Program-made: the position numbers and the translations under genes | The notes under the pieces: generated by a model | The model's database searches: none | Told to the model about the DNA's origin: nothing | Seen by the model: the letters and a program-made list of their open reading frames with translations, nothing else | Assembly: GCA_006844605.1 (NCBI GenBank) | Contig: SPJN01000004.1 | Coordinates: forward strand, 78,635-142,634 | DNA length: 64,000 bases | Reading direction: 5' to 3' | Source of the DNA: Hyphomicrobiales bacterium | Lineage (GTDB): Bacteria > Pseudomonadota > Alphaproteobacteria > SPJN01 | Shown: positions 49,314 to 59,671 of the stretch, one piece after another | How positions within the stretch are numbered: the stretch's first letter is position 1 | Layout: the number at the start of each line of letters is the position of its first letter

Positions 49314-49371
49314 AACCCCATCGTCGATATGAGAGGCGACTAGGTTTCTGATTGATGGATCGTCCACGTGC

Positions 49372-50121
49372 TTAACGGCTTTGCCTATTTTCCGCCAGAT
49401 CCATAAATGCAAACAAATAGCTCTGCGGATCAATGCCTATAAAATGGCATTGCAGAATGTCGTTAACAAAACCGTTTTCGAGATCATCTGTAATTGTGGA
49501 AATGCCATTATTGGCGGCCATGGTGACATCCAAAAAACTCTTTAGTGCAGTCTGTTTTTGTTCCGAAGGGTTCATTGTTGTGAAAAGAAGATTCTGCTCA
49601 CTGTAACGGGTAACCAGAAGTTGACTGACTTCTTTTGTTTCGCTGATCGTATCGAAAAATCCGCGGCCTGCCTTGTCTGACAAAATCAGAATGCTAAGTA
49701 GGGCTTTGCCACATGCATCGATGACTGCTTTTCCTAACGGATAATCATGCCCCGACATGGCGAGTATAAGCATGTCGATATGGGACTGCCGCAAACCTAT
49801 TTCAGCACAACCCAACAGGCCTTCAGGATCGGCGACGTGCGTGATGCTTACTTCGCTTGGATCGATGTCAAATCTGTGTGCAATTTCCTCGATAGACTCC
49901 GCTGATGCTTGCTCTCGAACCGTTGTGAAATTGTCGCTTAGCAGGGTGTTTGCGTATATCAATGAGTCTAGGCATTTAACGGCGATCGCTCGTTTTGCGG
50001 GATCTGTTGCGCTGTCATTTGCGTTTTCATCGGCGAATGTTGCTGGAACGGGCAAAATCAAACAGGCCAGCAATCCGCCGGCGATGAATTTTTTGAAGCG
50101 GGATTGTGTCCTACTCGTCAT
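49372..50121 (-). CDS. Exported hypothetical protein, four-cysteine family
   Basis: Signal peptide KKFIAGGLLACLILPVPATFA; mature pattern C-x54-C-x31-C-x87-C; start overlaps the upstream gene end. Confidence 0.75.
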   Translation of the reverse strand: MTSRTQSRFKKFIAGGLLACLILPVPATFADENANDSATDPAKRAIAVKCLDSLIYANTLLSDNFTTVREQASAESIEEIAHRFDIDPSEVSITHVADPEGLLGCAEIGLRQSHIDMLILAMSGHDYPLGKAVIDACGKALLSILILSDKAGRGFFDTISETKEVSQLLVTRYSEQNLLFTTMNPSEQKQTALKSFLDVTMAANNGISTITDDLENGFVNDILQCHFIGIDPQSYLFAFMDLAENRQSR

Positions 50122-50899
50122 TGTCTGTCTCCGCTTCCGTATTGGCGATGTGTTGACTTGCTGCTTTTAGGAACAGCCTTGTAGTGATGCCCACGTCGTC
50201 GCATTGATCAATATGGTCCCTGAATTTGTCCATATCCAAATCAGCGACGGTATGGCTTGCGTAATTACCCTTGTGCGTGGTTTCTGAAATGACGGTCTTA
50301 ACATAGTTTTCGGTTGCGTCATCTGCCGCATCCGGATGCGTAATATTGTGAATTACAGTCAGCGCATAATTGGCCTGATACAACATTTCATCATAGACAC
50401 GAATGCGTGACGCGGCGGGCATATTGCGGTAAACAGCAATGCCAAGAAACTGCGTTGCCGCACCAAGGCAGTTTGTAATATAGCCTTCGACCATTTCGGG
50501 AGGGTCATCGGAAATAAGCTGAAGACCGATCATGATCTCGTATTTGGGCATTCCGATGTTGAAACACTCGACAATGTCGTTAACGGAGAATTCATCGGCT
50601 GTAGCCGGATAATCCACGCCGGGAATATCAGCAATCTTCCGCATCACTTGCTGTGCAAATATTGAATAGGTGAGTGTGCCGTATTGTGGATAATTGTTTT
50701 CCATTTGTGCTGCCAGCCAATCTACCTGTGAGATACAGGCATAATGCTTTTCAACATCTGGCTGTGTTGCCTGCGTAGCCATTGTCGTTCCCGACAGCAC
50801 GGTTAACGCAACCGCAACTGCAGCAACGTAGCGCGGCCATGACTGGATGGATTTTCTTGAAGGCATTGCCTGCCATAATGTATGGAAAAGTGTGCGCAT
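50111..50899 (-). CDS. Exported hypothetical protein, four-cysteine family
   Basis: Hydrophobic signal YVAAVAVALTVLSGTTMA; pattern C-x56-C-x31-C-x88-C; start uncertain (50899 follows a G-rich RBS). Confidence 0.75.
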   Translation of the reverse strand: MRTLFHTLWQAMPSRKSIQSWPRYVAAVAVALTVLSGTTMATQATQPDVEKHYACISQVDWLAAQMENNYPQYGTLTYSIFAQQVMRKIADIPGVDYPATADEFSVNDIVECFNIGMPKYEIMIGLQLISDDPPEMVEGYITNCLGAATQFLGIAVYRNMPAASRIRVYDEMLYQANYALTVIHNITHPDAADDATENYVKTVISETTHKGNYASHTVADLDMDKFRDHIDQCDDVGITTRLFLKAASQHIANTEAETDNDE

Positions 50900-51010
50900 T
50901 GCTGTCGCCCCCCCGCCGACTTTACGTGCTTTGCAGTGCGCCAAATAGGGGCGCATTGATTCTTGTGAATAATATTGGAATTGGGGCGGGGCAACAACCC
51001 AAGGTGGTAA

Positions 51011-51490
51011 CTATTTGTTCGCGAACCGCGCCTTGACGACTGGGTGGGCACCTTTGCGTGCCACGGGCCGCAGGTTCACAGGCCGGGTTACCAAGCTGCC
51101 ATCTTCAAAGGCAAGCTTCATGGGGCCAAGCCTTTTGCCGCTGTCTTTATCTTCGAAACCAACCTGCGGGCCTTCCTCAGCGAAGGCCCACTTGTCACCC
51201 CATTGGGCCATCGACATTAGGACGGGAAACAGGTCCTTGCCCTTTTGGGTTAGGGTATAGGCATAGCGCGTGCCCTTGTCGCCAATGTCCTGGCGGTCCA
51301 TCACGCCTTGTTCAACCAACATGGCAAGACGGTCTGACAGAATGTTTTTGGCGATACCGGTATGGGTGCGAAACTCGTTAAAGCGCGTTGCGCCGTAAAA
51401 CGCCTCACGCACGACCAGCAATGTCCATGAATCGCCAACAAGGTTGAGCGCACGGGAAATCGGACAGTAATGTTTATGCTGCTTGGTCAT
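51011..51490 (-). CDS. HxlR-family winged-helix transcriptional regulator
   Basis: CPISRALNLVGDSWTLLVVRE, RFNEF, ILSDRL and YTLTQKG..L motifs. Confidence 0.93.
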   Translation of the reverse strand: MTKQHKHYCPISRALNLVGDSWTLLVVREAFYGATRFNEFRTHTGIAKNILSDRLAMLVEQGVMDRQDIGDKGTRYAYTLTQKGKDLFPVLMSMAQWGDKWAFAEEGPQVGFEDKDSGKRLGPMKLAFEDGSLVTRPVNLRPVARKGAHPVVKARFANK

Positions 51491-51505
51491 GGCGGCAGTA
51501 TAGAA

Positions 51506-51534
51506 TATTTTGGTTGCTATTCAAAACCAAAATA
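51506..51534. promoter_or_regulatory. Inverted-repeat operator upstream of the HxlR gene
   Basis: TATTTTGGTT-N9-AACCAAAATA perfect 10 bp inverted repeat, 15 bp upstream of the start codon. Confidence 0.65.
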
Positions 51535-51560
51535 AACAAGTCAAAACCCAAATAGAAAGG

Positions 51561-52118
51561 CTAGTCCTCGCCGATGACGATCAGCTTGGAAATGTCTTCC
51601 CCAGCCGCCTCACATGCACCACGATAAAGCGACAGGGCGGCAGGCGCATCAATGATTGACAGAACATTGCCATCATCATCCACATTCAGGTTGGCGCCAT
51701 AAATGGCAAACCAAACCTCGGTCTCGCCGTCTTGATCTTCTGGTACACATAATGTGTGGAGCGAGCCTGCGGGCTCAAACAAATAGGATCCGGGCTCATT
51801 CACCTCTGTCGGGTATTCCTTATAGAACCATTTGCCTTTCAAGGTGACCGCATAAACCAAGCCGGTGTGATAATGTTTGGTGATTTGGGTGCCCGGTTGA
51901 AAGCGTGTTTTGCTGATCCACAGCCCGATATTCAAATCAACTTGCAGCAACTGCAATTCTGTTCCGTCACCCAATGCGACATAGGGCAATTCTTCATGCT
52001 TGATCAGGCTGGTTACACCATCGACTGATAGCGGCACGGTTGAGGCACCGCGTGCTTCCATTGTGGCGGCCATTTTCGGCAACTGATCGATCAGGGACAC
52101 GGTTTTGGGGGCAGTCAT
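51561..52118 (-). CDS. Cupin, 2,4'-dihydroxyacetophenone dioxygenase family
   Basis: HYHTG.V...T..G.W.Y.EY and PGSYLFEPAGSLHTL motifs; GGAG upstream of ATG 52118. Confidence 0.82.
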   Translation of the reverse strand: MTAPKTVSLIDQLPKMAATMEARGASTVPLSVDGVTSLIKHEELPYVALGDGTELQLLQVDLNIGLWISKTRFQPGTQITKHYHTGLVYAVTLKGKWFYKEYPTEVNEPGSYLFEPAGSLHTLCVPEDQDGETEVWFAIYGANLNVDDDGNVLSIIDAPAALSLYRGACEAAGEDISKLIVIGED

Positions 52119-52201
52119 GGCAGCTCCACGAATATTGGAAAAGGGGATGGGGGTAGGGCGGCGGCACACCATCATGTGCGGATGCGCCGCCAAAGGTTTA
52201 A

Positions 52202-53407
52202 CTAGGCAACTTCGAACAGGCCCGCTGCGCCCATGCCGCCACCGATGCACATGCTGACGACGACATATTTTTCGCCGCGCCGTTTGGCTTCGATCAGGGC
52301 GTGGCCTGTGCTGCGCGCACCTGTCATGCCGTAGGGGTGCCCGATTGAAATCGCGCCGCCATTGACGTTATAGCGTTCGGGGTCAATCCCAAGTGTGTCG
52401 CGGCAGTACAGGCACTGGCTGGCGAACGCTTCGTTCAATTCCCACAACCCGATATCGTCAACCTTCAGGCCCGCGCGCTCCAACAGACGGGGCACGGCAT
52501 AGACCGGACCGATGCCCATTTCATCAGGTTCGCACCCGGCAACGGCAAAACCGCGGAAAATGCCAAGCGGATCGATGTTGCGTTTTTCAGCTTCCTTGCC
52601 ATTCATAATAATGCAGGCAGACGCACCGTCAGACATTTGCGAGGCATTGCCAGCGGTGACGAACTTGCCTTGTTTGACAACATTGCCGCCCGCAAAAACC
52701 GGGTTCAGTGCCTGTAGGTTTTCAATGGTTGTACCGGGGCGATTGCACTCATCGCCGGTTACGGTCACTTCCTCTTCGGAAACGTCACCGGTTTCCTTGT
52801 TGACCTTTTTCCATGTGGTGGTCATCGGCACAATTTCATCATCGAATTTTCCCGCGGCCTGTGCAGCGGCGGTGCGTTGCTGGCTTTGCAGGGCATATTC
52901 GTCCTGATATTCGCGGCTGATGCCATACCGATCTGCCACAATCTCTGCCGTTTCGATCATCCCCATGTAAAGGCCGGGATGGCTTTCGATCAGTGACTTC
53001 TCAACCGCTTCATGGCGGTTCATCTTGCCGCTTAACTGAACAAGTGACAGGCTTTCAACGCCGCCCGCGCCCATAACAGGAACACCTTCATTCATCACGC
53101 GGCCAGCGGCTGTTGCAATCGCTTGCAGGCCGGATGAGCAAAAGCGGTTGATTGTGGTGCCGGACGTGGTCACCGGGCACCCGGCGCGCAGGGCTGACAG
53201 GCGCGCAATGTTGGAACCTGTGGCCCCTTCGGGATGGGCGCAGCCCATGACCACATCTTCAACCTCGCCCGGATCAATGCCGGCCCGGTCAATGGCGTGT
53301 TGCAATACATGACCGCCCAATGTGGCACCGTGGGTGTTGTTGAATGACCCGCGGCCTGATTTGGCAAGGCCTGTGCGGGCGGTTGATACGATGACGGCTT
53401 CGGTCAT
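52202..53407 (-). CDS. Acetyl-CoA C-acyltransferase (thiolase)
   Basis: [29 protein letters not shown] and MCIGGGMG motifs. Confidence 0.96.
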   Translation of the reverse strand: MTEAVIVSTARTGLAKSGRGSFNNTHGATLGGHVLQHAIDRAGIDPGEVEDVVMGCAHPEGATGSNIARLSALRAGCPVTTSGTTINRFCSSGLQAIATAAGRVMNEGVPVMGAGGVESLSLVQLSGKMNRHEAVEKSLIESHPGLYMGMIETAEIVADRYGISREYQDEYALQSQQRTAAAQAAGKFDDEIVPMTTTWKKVNKETGDVSEEEVTVTGDECNRPGTTIENLQALNPVFAGGNVVKQGKFVTAGNASQMSDGASACIIMNGKEAEKRNIDPLGIFRGFAVAGCEPDEMGIGPVYAVPRLLERAGLKVDDIGLWELNEAFASQCLYCRDTLGIDPERYNVNGGAISIGHPYGMTGARSTGHALIEAKRRGEKYVVVSMCIGGGMGAAGLFEVA

Positions 53408-53518
53408 GGGGCTCTCCTGTTAAATTGTTTTTGTGCAGGCGGTATTTGACTGTTTGTCGCGCGCCATGTCTATACTCACGTCACAAATATTTACGACTGA
53501 CGCCGAAAAGGGACCGTG

Positions 53519-54304
53519 ATGGACTTCGTGACAATAGAGAAGAATGACCGCATTGCAGAGGTTACGTTTTCCCGTGGGGATGGCATGAATGCCCTGTCTG
53601 CACAGGCCATGACTGAATTACGCGATACAGGCCGCGCATTGCAGGACGACCCTGATCTTGTGGCGGTGATCCTGAAAACAGATGGCAGGTTCAGCGCCGG
53701 GGCCGACCTGAAGGATCGCAGCCAAATGGTCATGCAATCAGGCACGATGATGCAGAAGCGCCATCACCTGAAGCTTGGTCCCGACATGTGTCAGGCGTGG
53801 CACGATATCGAAGCCTATACCATCGTTGCCATAGAGGGGTTTTGTATCGGCGGCGGTTCCGCCCTTGCGTCGGCGATTGATTATCGGGTCATGGGGCAGG
53901 GGGCGCACATGCGCCTGCCTGAAGTGCCGTTGGGCATGAATATGAGCTGGCAGACAATTCCGCGTCTGGTTGCCCAAATCGGCCCCGCCCGCACCAAACA
54001 ATATGTGATCATGGGGGAGCCTGTCAGCGCCCAACAGGCGCTTGATTGGGGCCTGGTTGAGGAGGTGGTGGATGATGGCAGCACCATCGACGCGGCGCGC
54101 GCCTATGCGGCACGGGTGGCGAAGTTGCCGCCGCTACCGGTGAGGATGAGCAAACAGGCCATCAACGCCGCTGCCTATGCCGTGGCACAGGCGACAACCT
54201 TTATGGACCGCGATCAATTTATGCTCGCCACTTCGTCAGAAGATTACCGTGAATCGGTGAAAGCGTTTTTGCAGCGGCGAGACCCTGAATTTAAGGGAAA
54301 CTAG
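53519..54304 (+). CDS. Enoyl-CoA hydratase/isomerase family protein
   Basis: NAL, FSAGADL, IEGFCIGGG, LPEVPLG and FLQRRDPEFKG motifs. Confidence 0.92.
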   Translation: MDFVTIEKNDRIAEVTFSRGDGMNALSAQAMTELRDTGRALQDDPDLVAVILKTDGRFSAGADLKDRSQMVMQSGTMMQKRHHLKLGPDMCQAWHDIEAYTIVAIEGFCIGGGSALASAIDYRVMGQGAHMRLPEVPLGMNMSWQTIPRLVAQIGPARTKQYVIMGEPVSAQQALDWGLVEEVVDDGSTIDAARAYAARVAKLPPLPVRMSKQAINAAAYAVAQATTFMDRDQFMLATSSEDYRESVKAFLQRRDPEFKGN

Positions 54305-54455
54305 GTTGGCACTAATCCGCGACTGTCGATTGATACTGCGGCACAAGTAAAAAACCGCTAGAATCAGTTGCAAATTAATCTGGGTTTGCTGTAAACCCTC
54401 GTCAATTTGCGTGCGTATAAGACATGCAAAGCCACAATATGAAAGAGGTACGCCA

Positions 54456-55016
54456 ATGATTAGACCCAACCCGTCAGGTGATCGGCCGATCATCGCCCCG
54501 TCAGCCTTTATTGACCCGACCGCCATTATTTGCGGCAAGATCATCATTGAGGAAGAGGCATTTATCGGCCCCTATGCGGTCATTCGTGCTGATGAAACCA
54601 AACCAGAAGGCGGCATGGACCCGATCATTATCGGTGCCCGTTCCAACGTGCAGGACGGTGTTGTGATCCATTCGAAGGATGGCGGCGCGGTTACGATTGG
54701 CAAGCAAGTGTCAATCGCCCATCGTTCGATCGTTCATGGGCCGTGTACTGTGGAAGATGAATGTTTCATCGGTTTCAACTCGGTGCTGTTTAATTGCACA
54801 GTCGGTGCCCGGTCGGTCATTCGCCATAATTCAGTGGTTGAGGCGTGTGAAATTCCTGCCGGTTTCCATGTGCCCAGCGCAACATCAATCCATAATGATG
54901 ATGACGTTGCCAAGATCGTACAAATCACACCGGACGAGGCGACATTCTCAGAAAGTGTGGTGTCAGCCAATCGTTGGTTGGCTGAAGGCTATAAGAGGAT
55001 TGCCAACGAGCTTTAG
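54456..55016 (+). CDS. Gamma-class carbonic anhydrase (carbonate dehydratase)
   Basis: Hexapeptide repeats, IRADE, SNVQDGVVIH and IAHRSIVHGP (three His ligands). Confidence 0.88.
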   Translation: MIRPNPSGDRPIIAPSAFIDPTAIICGKIIIEEEAFIGPYAVIRADETKPEGGMDPIIIGARSNVQDGVVIHSKDGGAVTIGKQVSIAHRSIVHGPCTVEDECFIGFNSVLFNCTVGARSVIRHNSVVEACEIPAGFHVPSATSIHNDDDVAKIVQITPDEATFSESVVSANRWLAEGYKRIANEL

Positions 55017-55050
55017 GCGCAGGCAATTAGCCAAAGATTCTGGCCAAAGT

Positions 55051-56601
55051 TTAAAGCACCTTCAGCAATTGTTCGAAGGCCCAAACCATAGGTGCGGTGT
55101 ACCACGGGGCCTCAGGCTCTGCCGCCGGGTCTACCATGTATAGCGTCCGCTGGGCAGCCAGTTCCTGTTCCAGCTGGCGCGTGATCTGCTCGTAACCGGG
55201 CTGGCCATGCAGGCTGATCTGTTCATTCGGGTCAGCTTGCAGGTCAAATAATTCCCATTCCCCGATGCGGTAATAGTGGATCAGTTTCCACCGGTCTGTC
55301 CTGACGCCATAATGACGGGGCACATTGTGGAAGCCGGGGTGTTCATAATAATGATAATAGATCGCCTGCCGCCAATCTGCCGCGACGCCTTGGGTCAGTG
55401 GCAGTATGGACTGGCCATGCATTGGCTGATCCGGCGTTACATTCGCGGCATCAAGCAAGGTCGGTGCAAGGTCGATATTCTGCACCAGCGCATCATTGAT
55501 GCTGCCCGGTTTGATGTGACCGGGCCATTGCATCAGCAGCGGCACACGGGTTGATATGTCATACATCCAGCGTTTGTCGAACCAGCCATTTTCGCCCAGA
55601 TAAAATCCCTGATCGGATGTGTAAAGGATAATTGTATCGTCGGTTAGCCCGGCAGCATCAACCGCGTCCAGCAAGCGGCCGATGGACCGATCCATCCCCT
55701 CAACCGATGCCAAATAGGATTTGATGTAGCGCTGATATTTCCAGCGGGTCAGATCATCACCCTTTAGTTGCGCGTTTTCGAATGCCTGATTGCCGGGGCC
55801 GTAGGTTTCCTCAAAAACTTTCTTTTGCGCTTCGGTCAGGTAGGAGGGGACAGATAACTTCACATCCAAACGGGTCATGTGATCGTCGATGCGCATTTTG
55901 TTTTGGCTGCGCGCGGTACCTTTTTTGGCATGGGCTGAAAACAAGGTGGCAGGTTCGGCAACCGTGGCGGCCTCGTCCCAGTTTTGCATTTCTTCAATTG
56001 ATGGCAGCCAATCGCGGTGGGGGGCCTTGTGCTGCACCATCAACAAGAACGGCTTGTCACCCTCCCGCTTGTTGGTCAGCCAGCGCAACGCCTTGTCGGT
56101 AATTTCGTCAGTTGTGTAGCCTTCTGTTTGTTCAACGCCGTTCGGGCTGCGGAAGCTGGCATTATAATAGGTGCCTTGTTCCCCCACATTGTCGATCACG
56201 GCCCAGTCATCAAATCCTGTGGGGTCGCTGTAAAGGTGCCATTTGCCGAACAGCGCGGTTTGATAGCCTGCCGCCTGTAACAATTTGGGGAAGGTTTGCT
56301 GTGTGCCATTAAATGCGCCGCCCCATTCATTGACCATGTGGCCATGAACATGGCTGTGGACCCCGGTCAGCAAGGTGGCGCGGCTGGGACCGCATACAGC
56401 GTTCCCGACAAAGGCATTGTTGAACCGCATGCCGCCTTGGGCCAGCCGATCAATTGCAGGTGTATTGATCAGGTTTGAGCCATAGGAGGAGATGGCAGTC
56501 GTCGCATGATCGTCTGAAAATATCACGATGATGTTCGGGCGTGCTGCTGCCCAACCGGATGTGAGTGCCAACAAGGCAGTTATAAGTGCGGTGCGCAGCA
56601 T
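55051..56601 (-). CDS. Formylglycine-dependent (Cys-type) exported sulfatase
   Basis: Signal peptide, PNII.I.SDD, CGPSRATLLTG, GKWHL, SDQG and DKRWMY motifs. Confidence 0.93.
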   Translation of the reverse strand: MLRTALITALLALTSGWAAARPNIIVIFSDDHATTAISSYGSNLINTPAIDRLAQGGMRFNNAFVGNAVCGPSRATLLTGVHSHVHGHMVNEWGGAFNGTQQTFPKLLQAAGYQTALFGKWHLYSDPTGFDDWAVIDNVGEQGTYYNASFRSPNGVEQTEGYTTDEITDKALRWLTNKREGDKPFLLMVQHKAPHRDWLPSIEEMQNWDEAATVAEPATLFSAHAKKGTARSQNKMRIDDHMTRLDVKLSVPSYLTEAQKKVFEETYGPGNQAFENAQLKGDDLTRWKYQRYIKSYLASVEGMDRSIGRLLDAVDAAGLTDDTIILYTSDQGFYLGENGWFDKRWMYDISTRVPLLMQWPGHIKPGSINDALVQNIDLAPTLLDAANVTPDQPMHGQSILPLTQGVAADWRQAIYYHYYEHPGFHNVPRHYGVRTDRWKLIHYYRIGEWELFDLQADPNEQISLHGQPGYEQITRQLEQELAAQRTLYMVDPAAEPEAPWYTAPMVWAFEQLLKVL

Positions 56602-57050
56602 GTGATCCCCCCGGATGCTGTAACTGGTTTGATTGTGATCATCCTAAATTGATTAACTAATCAAGAAAACCGAAAAGTCGAATCAACTTGTTTGCAGTTT
56701 GGGGGAGGTGAGGGCGTATCGCATAGGTGCGACATAAAGATCATCACATATTCTGTAAGGAGTGTTATGGCCGTTTCGCTTGAATTGGGCGATCAAGAAA
56801 AAAGAATACACATCAGCTATTTACGGGCGTTTCGGCTGCGACAGTCAGGCGCTTGACGCTAAGTGACAAAATATCATATAAGCACATATCGGCTGACAAA
56901 AAATCATTCAGACTTGACTTACTTGCCGGTAACAATTACCTAGGGGCTTGTAAGTAGGAGCCGCGCTGAAGCGGCCACGGGCTGGAAACGTAACAAAATA
57001 AAAGCTATCGGCATGACGCAGGTAGCAATAACAGAAGAAGAGGCGAGATC

Positions 57051-58541
57051 ATGACAGATCATCTCGACGTCGTCATTGTTGGTGCAGGCATCTCAGGTAT
57101 TTGCGCTGCGTACCACATGCAAAAAGAATCTCCGAACAAAAGCTATGCCATTTTGGAAGGCCGCGCCGATATGGGCGGCACGTGGACATTGTTCACCTAT
57201 CCTGGCATCCGCTCAGACTCAGACATGTATACGCTGGGTTTCCCCTGGCGTCCGTGGCGCGATCCGAAGGCCATTGCCGATGCGCCCGATATTATGAATT
57301 ATCTGCGCGAGACGGTTGAAGAAACCGGGATCGACAAAAAGATCCGCTATAACTCAAAAGTTGTTGCCGCATCTTGGAGCAGCGACAAGGGCCAATGGGC
57401 AATCACCGTGCGCAATAGCGAAACCGGTGAAGACAAGGAAATGACCTGTAACTTCCTGTTCATGTGCTCAGGCTATTACAAATATGAAGAAGGCTTCACA
57501 CCGGAATTTCCGGGCCGTGATGACTTTAAGGGTGAGGTGATTCATCCGCAGCACTGGCCTGAAAATCTTGACTACACCGGCAAGAAAGTTGTCGTCATCG
57601 GTTCAGGTGCAACAGCGGTGACGCTGGTGCCTGCCATGACTGATAAGGCTGCCAAGGTCACTATGTTGCAGCGGACGCCTTCTTATGTTGTGTCGCGTCC
57701 CAATAAGGGCGAGGCCGCCGAAAAGCTGGCGAAGTTCATGCCCCTGTCATGGCGTGATCAGGTGATGCGCTGGACAGCCATCATCATGGGGATCGTCACA
57801 TTCAACATGCTGCGCAAGAACCCTGAACGCGGTAAGAAAATTCTGACCGGAATGGTGCGTGAAGAGTTGGGGCCGGAGCTGACGAAAAAGCATTTCACCC
57901 CTGACTACAATCCGTGGGACCAGCGTATTTGCGCGGTGCCGGATGCAGATATGTTTGATGCTATCCGTGAAGGCACAGCAGAAGTGGTCACAGACCATAT
58001 CGACCGCTTTGTCGAAAACGGTATTCTGCTGAAATCAGGTGATCTGTTGGAAGCTGACATCATCATCACCGCAACCGGTCTGAACCTGCAATTGTTCGGC
58101 GGTATGGATGTGGAAGTTGATGGCAAGGCTGTCGATTTTTCAGAAACATTGGCCTACAAGGGTATGATGTTCTCTGACGTGCCGAACTTTGCAAACACGA
58201 TGGGTTACACCAACGCATCTTGGACATTGAAGGCCGATCTGACCGACCAATATGTCTGCCGTCTGATCAACCACATGGACAAACATGGCTATTCGCAATG
58301 TGTGCCGCGTGTTGATGATGATGTTGAAATTGAAAACTTCCTCGACTTCACATCAGGTTATGTGCAGCGTGCCGTTGCCTTCCTGCCCAAACAGGGTGAT
58401 CGCAAGCCGTGGAAGGTCAACCAGAACTACATCAAGGATTTGATGTTCTTCAAGTTCAGTCGACTTGATGATGGCGTTATGAAATTTTCGAACGAGGTTA
58501 AGGCCGCACCAGAACAAGGTGCCGACAAAAAGGCAGCTTAA
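57051..58541 (+). CDS. EthA-like flavin-containing (Baeyer-Villiger) monooxygenase
   Basis: GAGISG, GGTW..F.YPGIRSDSD, F.G..IHPQHWP, GSGATA, PWDQR and YTNASWTLKADL motifs. Confidence 0.92.
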   Translation: MTDHLDVVIVGAGISGICAAYHMQKESPNKSYAILEGRADMGGTWTLFTYPGIRSDSDMYTLGFPWRPWRDPKAIADAPDIMNYLRETVEETGIDKKIRYNSKVVAASWSSDKGQWAITVRNSETGEDKEMTCNFLFMCSGYYKYEEGFTPEFPGRDDFKGEVIHPQHWPENLDYTGKKVVVIGSGATAVTLVPAMTDKAAKVTMLQRTPSYVVSRPNKGEAAEKLAKFMPLSWRDQVMRWTAIIMGIVTFNMLRKNPERGKKILTGMVREELGPELTKKHFTPDYNPWDQRICAVPDADMFDAIREGTAEVVTDHIDRFVENGILLKSGDLLEADIIITATGLNLQLFGGMDVEVDGKAVDFSETLAYKGMMFSDVPNFANTMGYTNASWTLKADLTDQYVCRLINHMDKHGYSQCVPRVDDDVEIENFLDFTSGYVQRAVAFLPKQGDRKPWKVNQNYIKDLMFFKFSRLDDGVMKFSNEVKAAPEQGADKKAA

Positions 58542-58566
58542 CCTTACGTAAATTGACTAATTTTGT

Positions 58567-58599
58567 GCCGGCCTGGACCAGTTCCGGGCCGGTTCTTTA
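58567..58599 (+). terminator. Probable intrinsic terminator after the monooxygenase
   Basis: GCCGGCCTGGA-ccagt-TCCGGGCCGGT followed by TCTTTA. Confidence 0.6.
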
Positions 58600-58666
58600 T
58601 TGAATAATGCCCTTCGTGTCGTGTAGCTTTCGTTCAACTGCTATTTGACATTGAAGGATATGATCT

Positions 58667-59670
<1,004 letters not shown>

Positions 59671-59671
<1 letters not shown>

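Noticed and set aside
52157-52191. GC-rich hairpins here and at about 5511-5555 as a REP-like family
   Set aside because: The sequences do not resemble each other; they are more simply terminators or mRNA-stabilising stems.
56649-56664. FNR/FixK box
   Set aside because: The spacer is 6 bp rather than the required 4.
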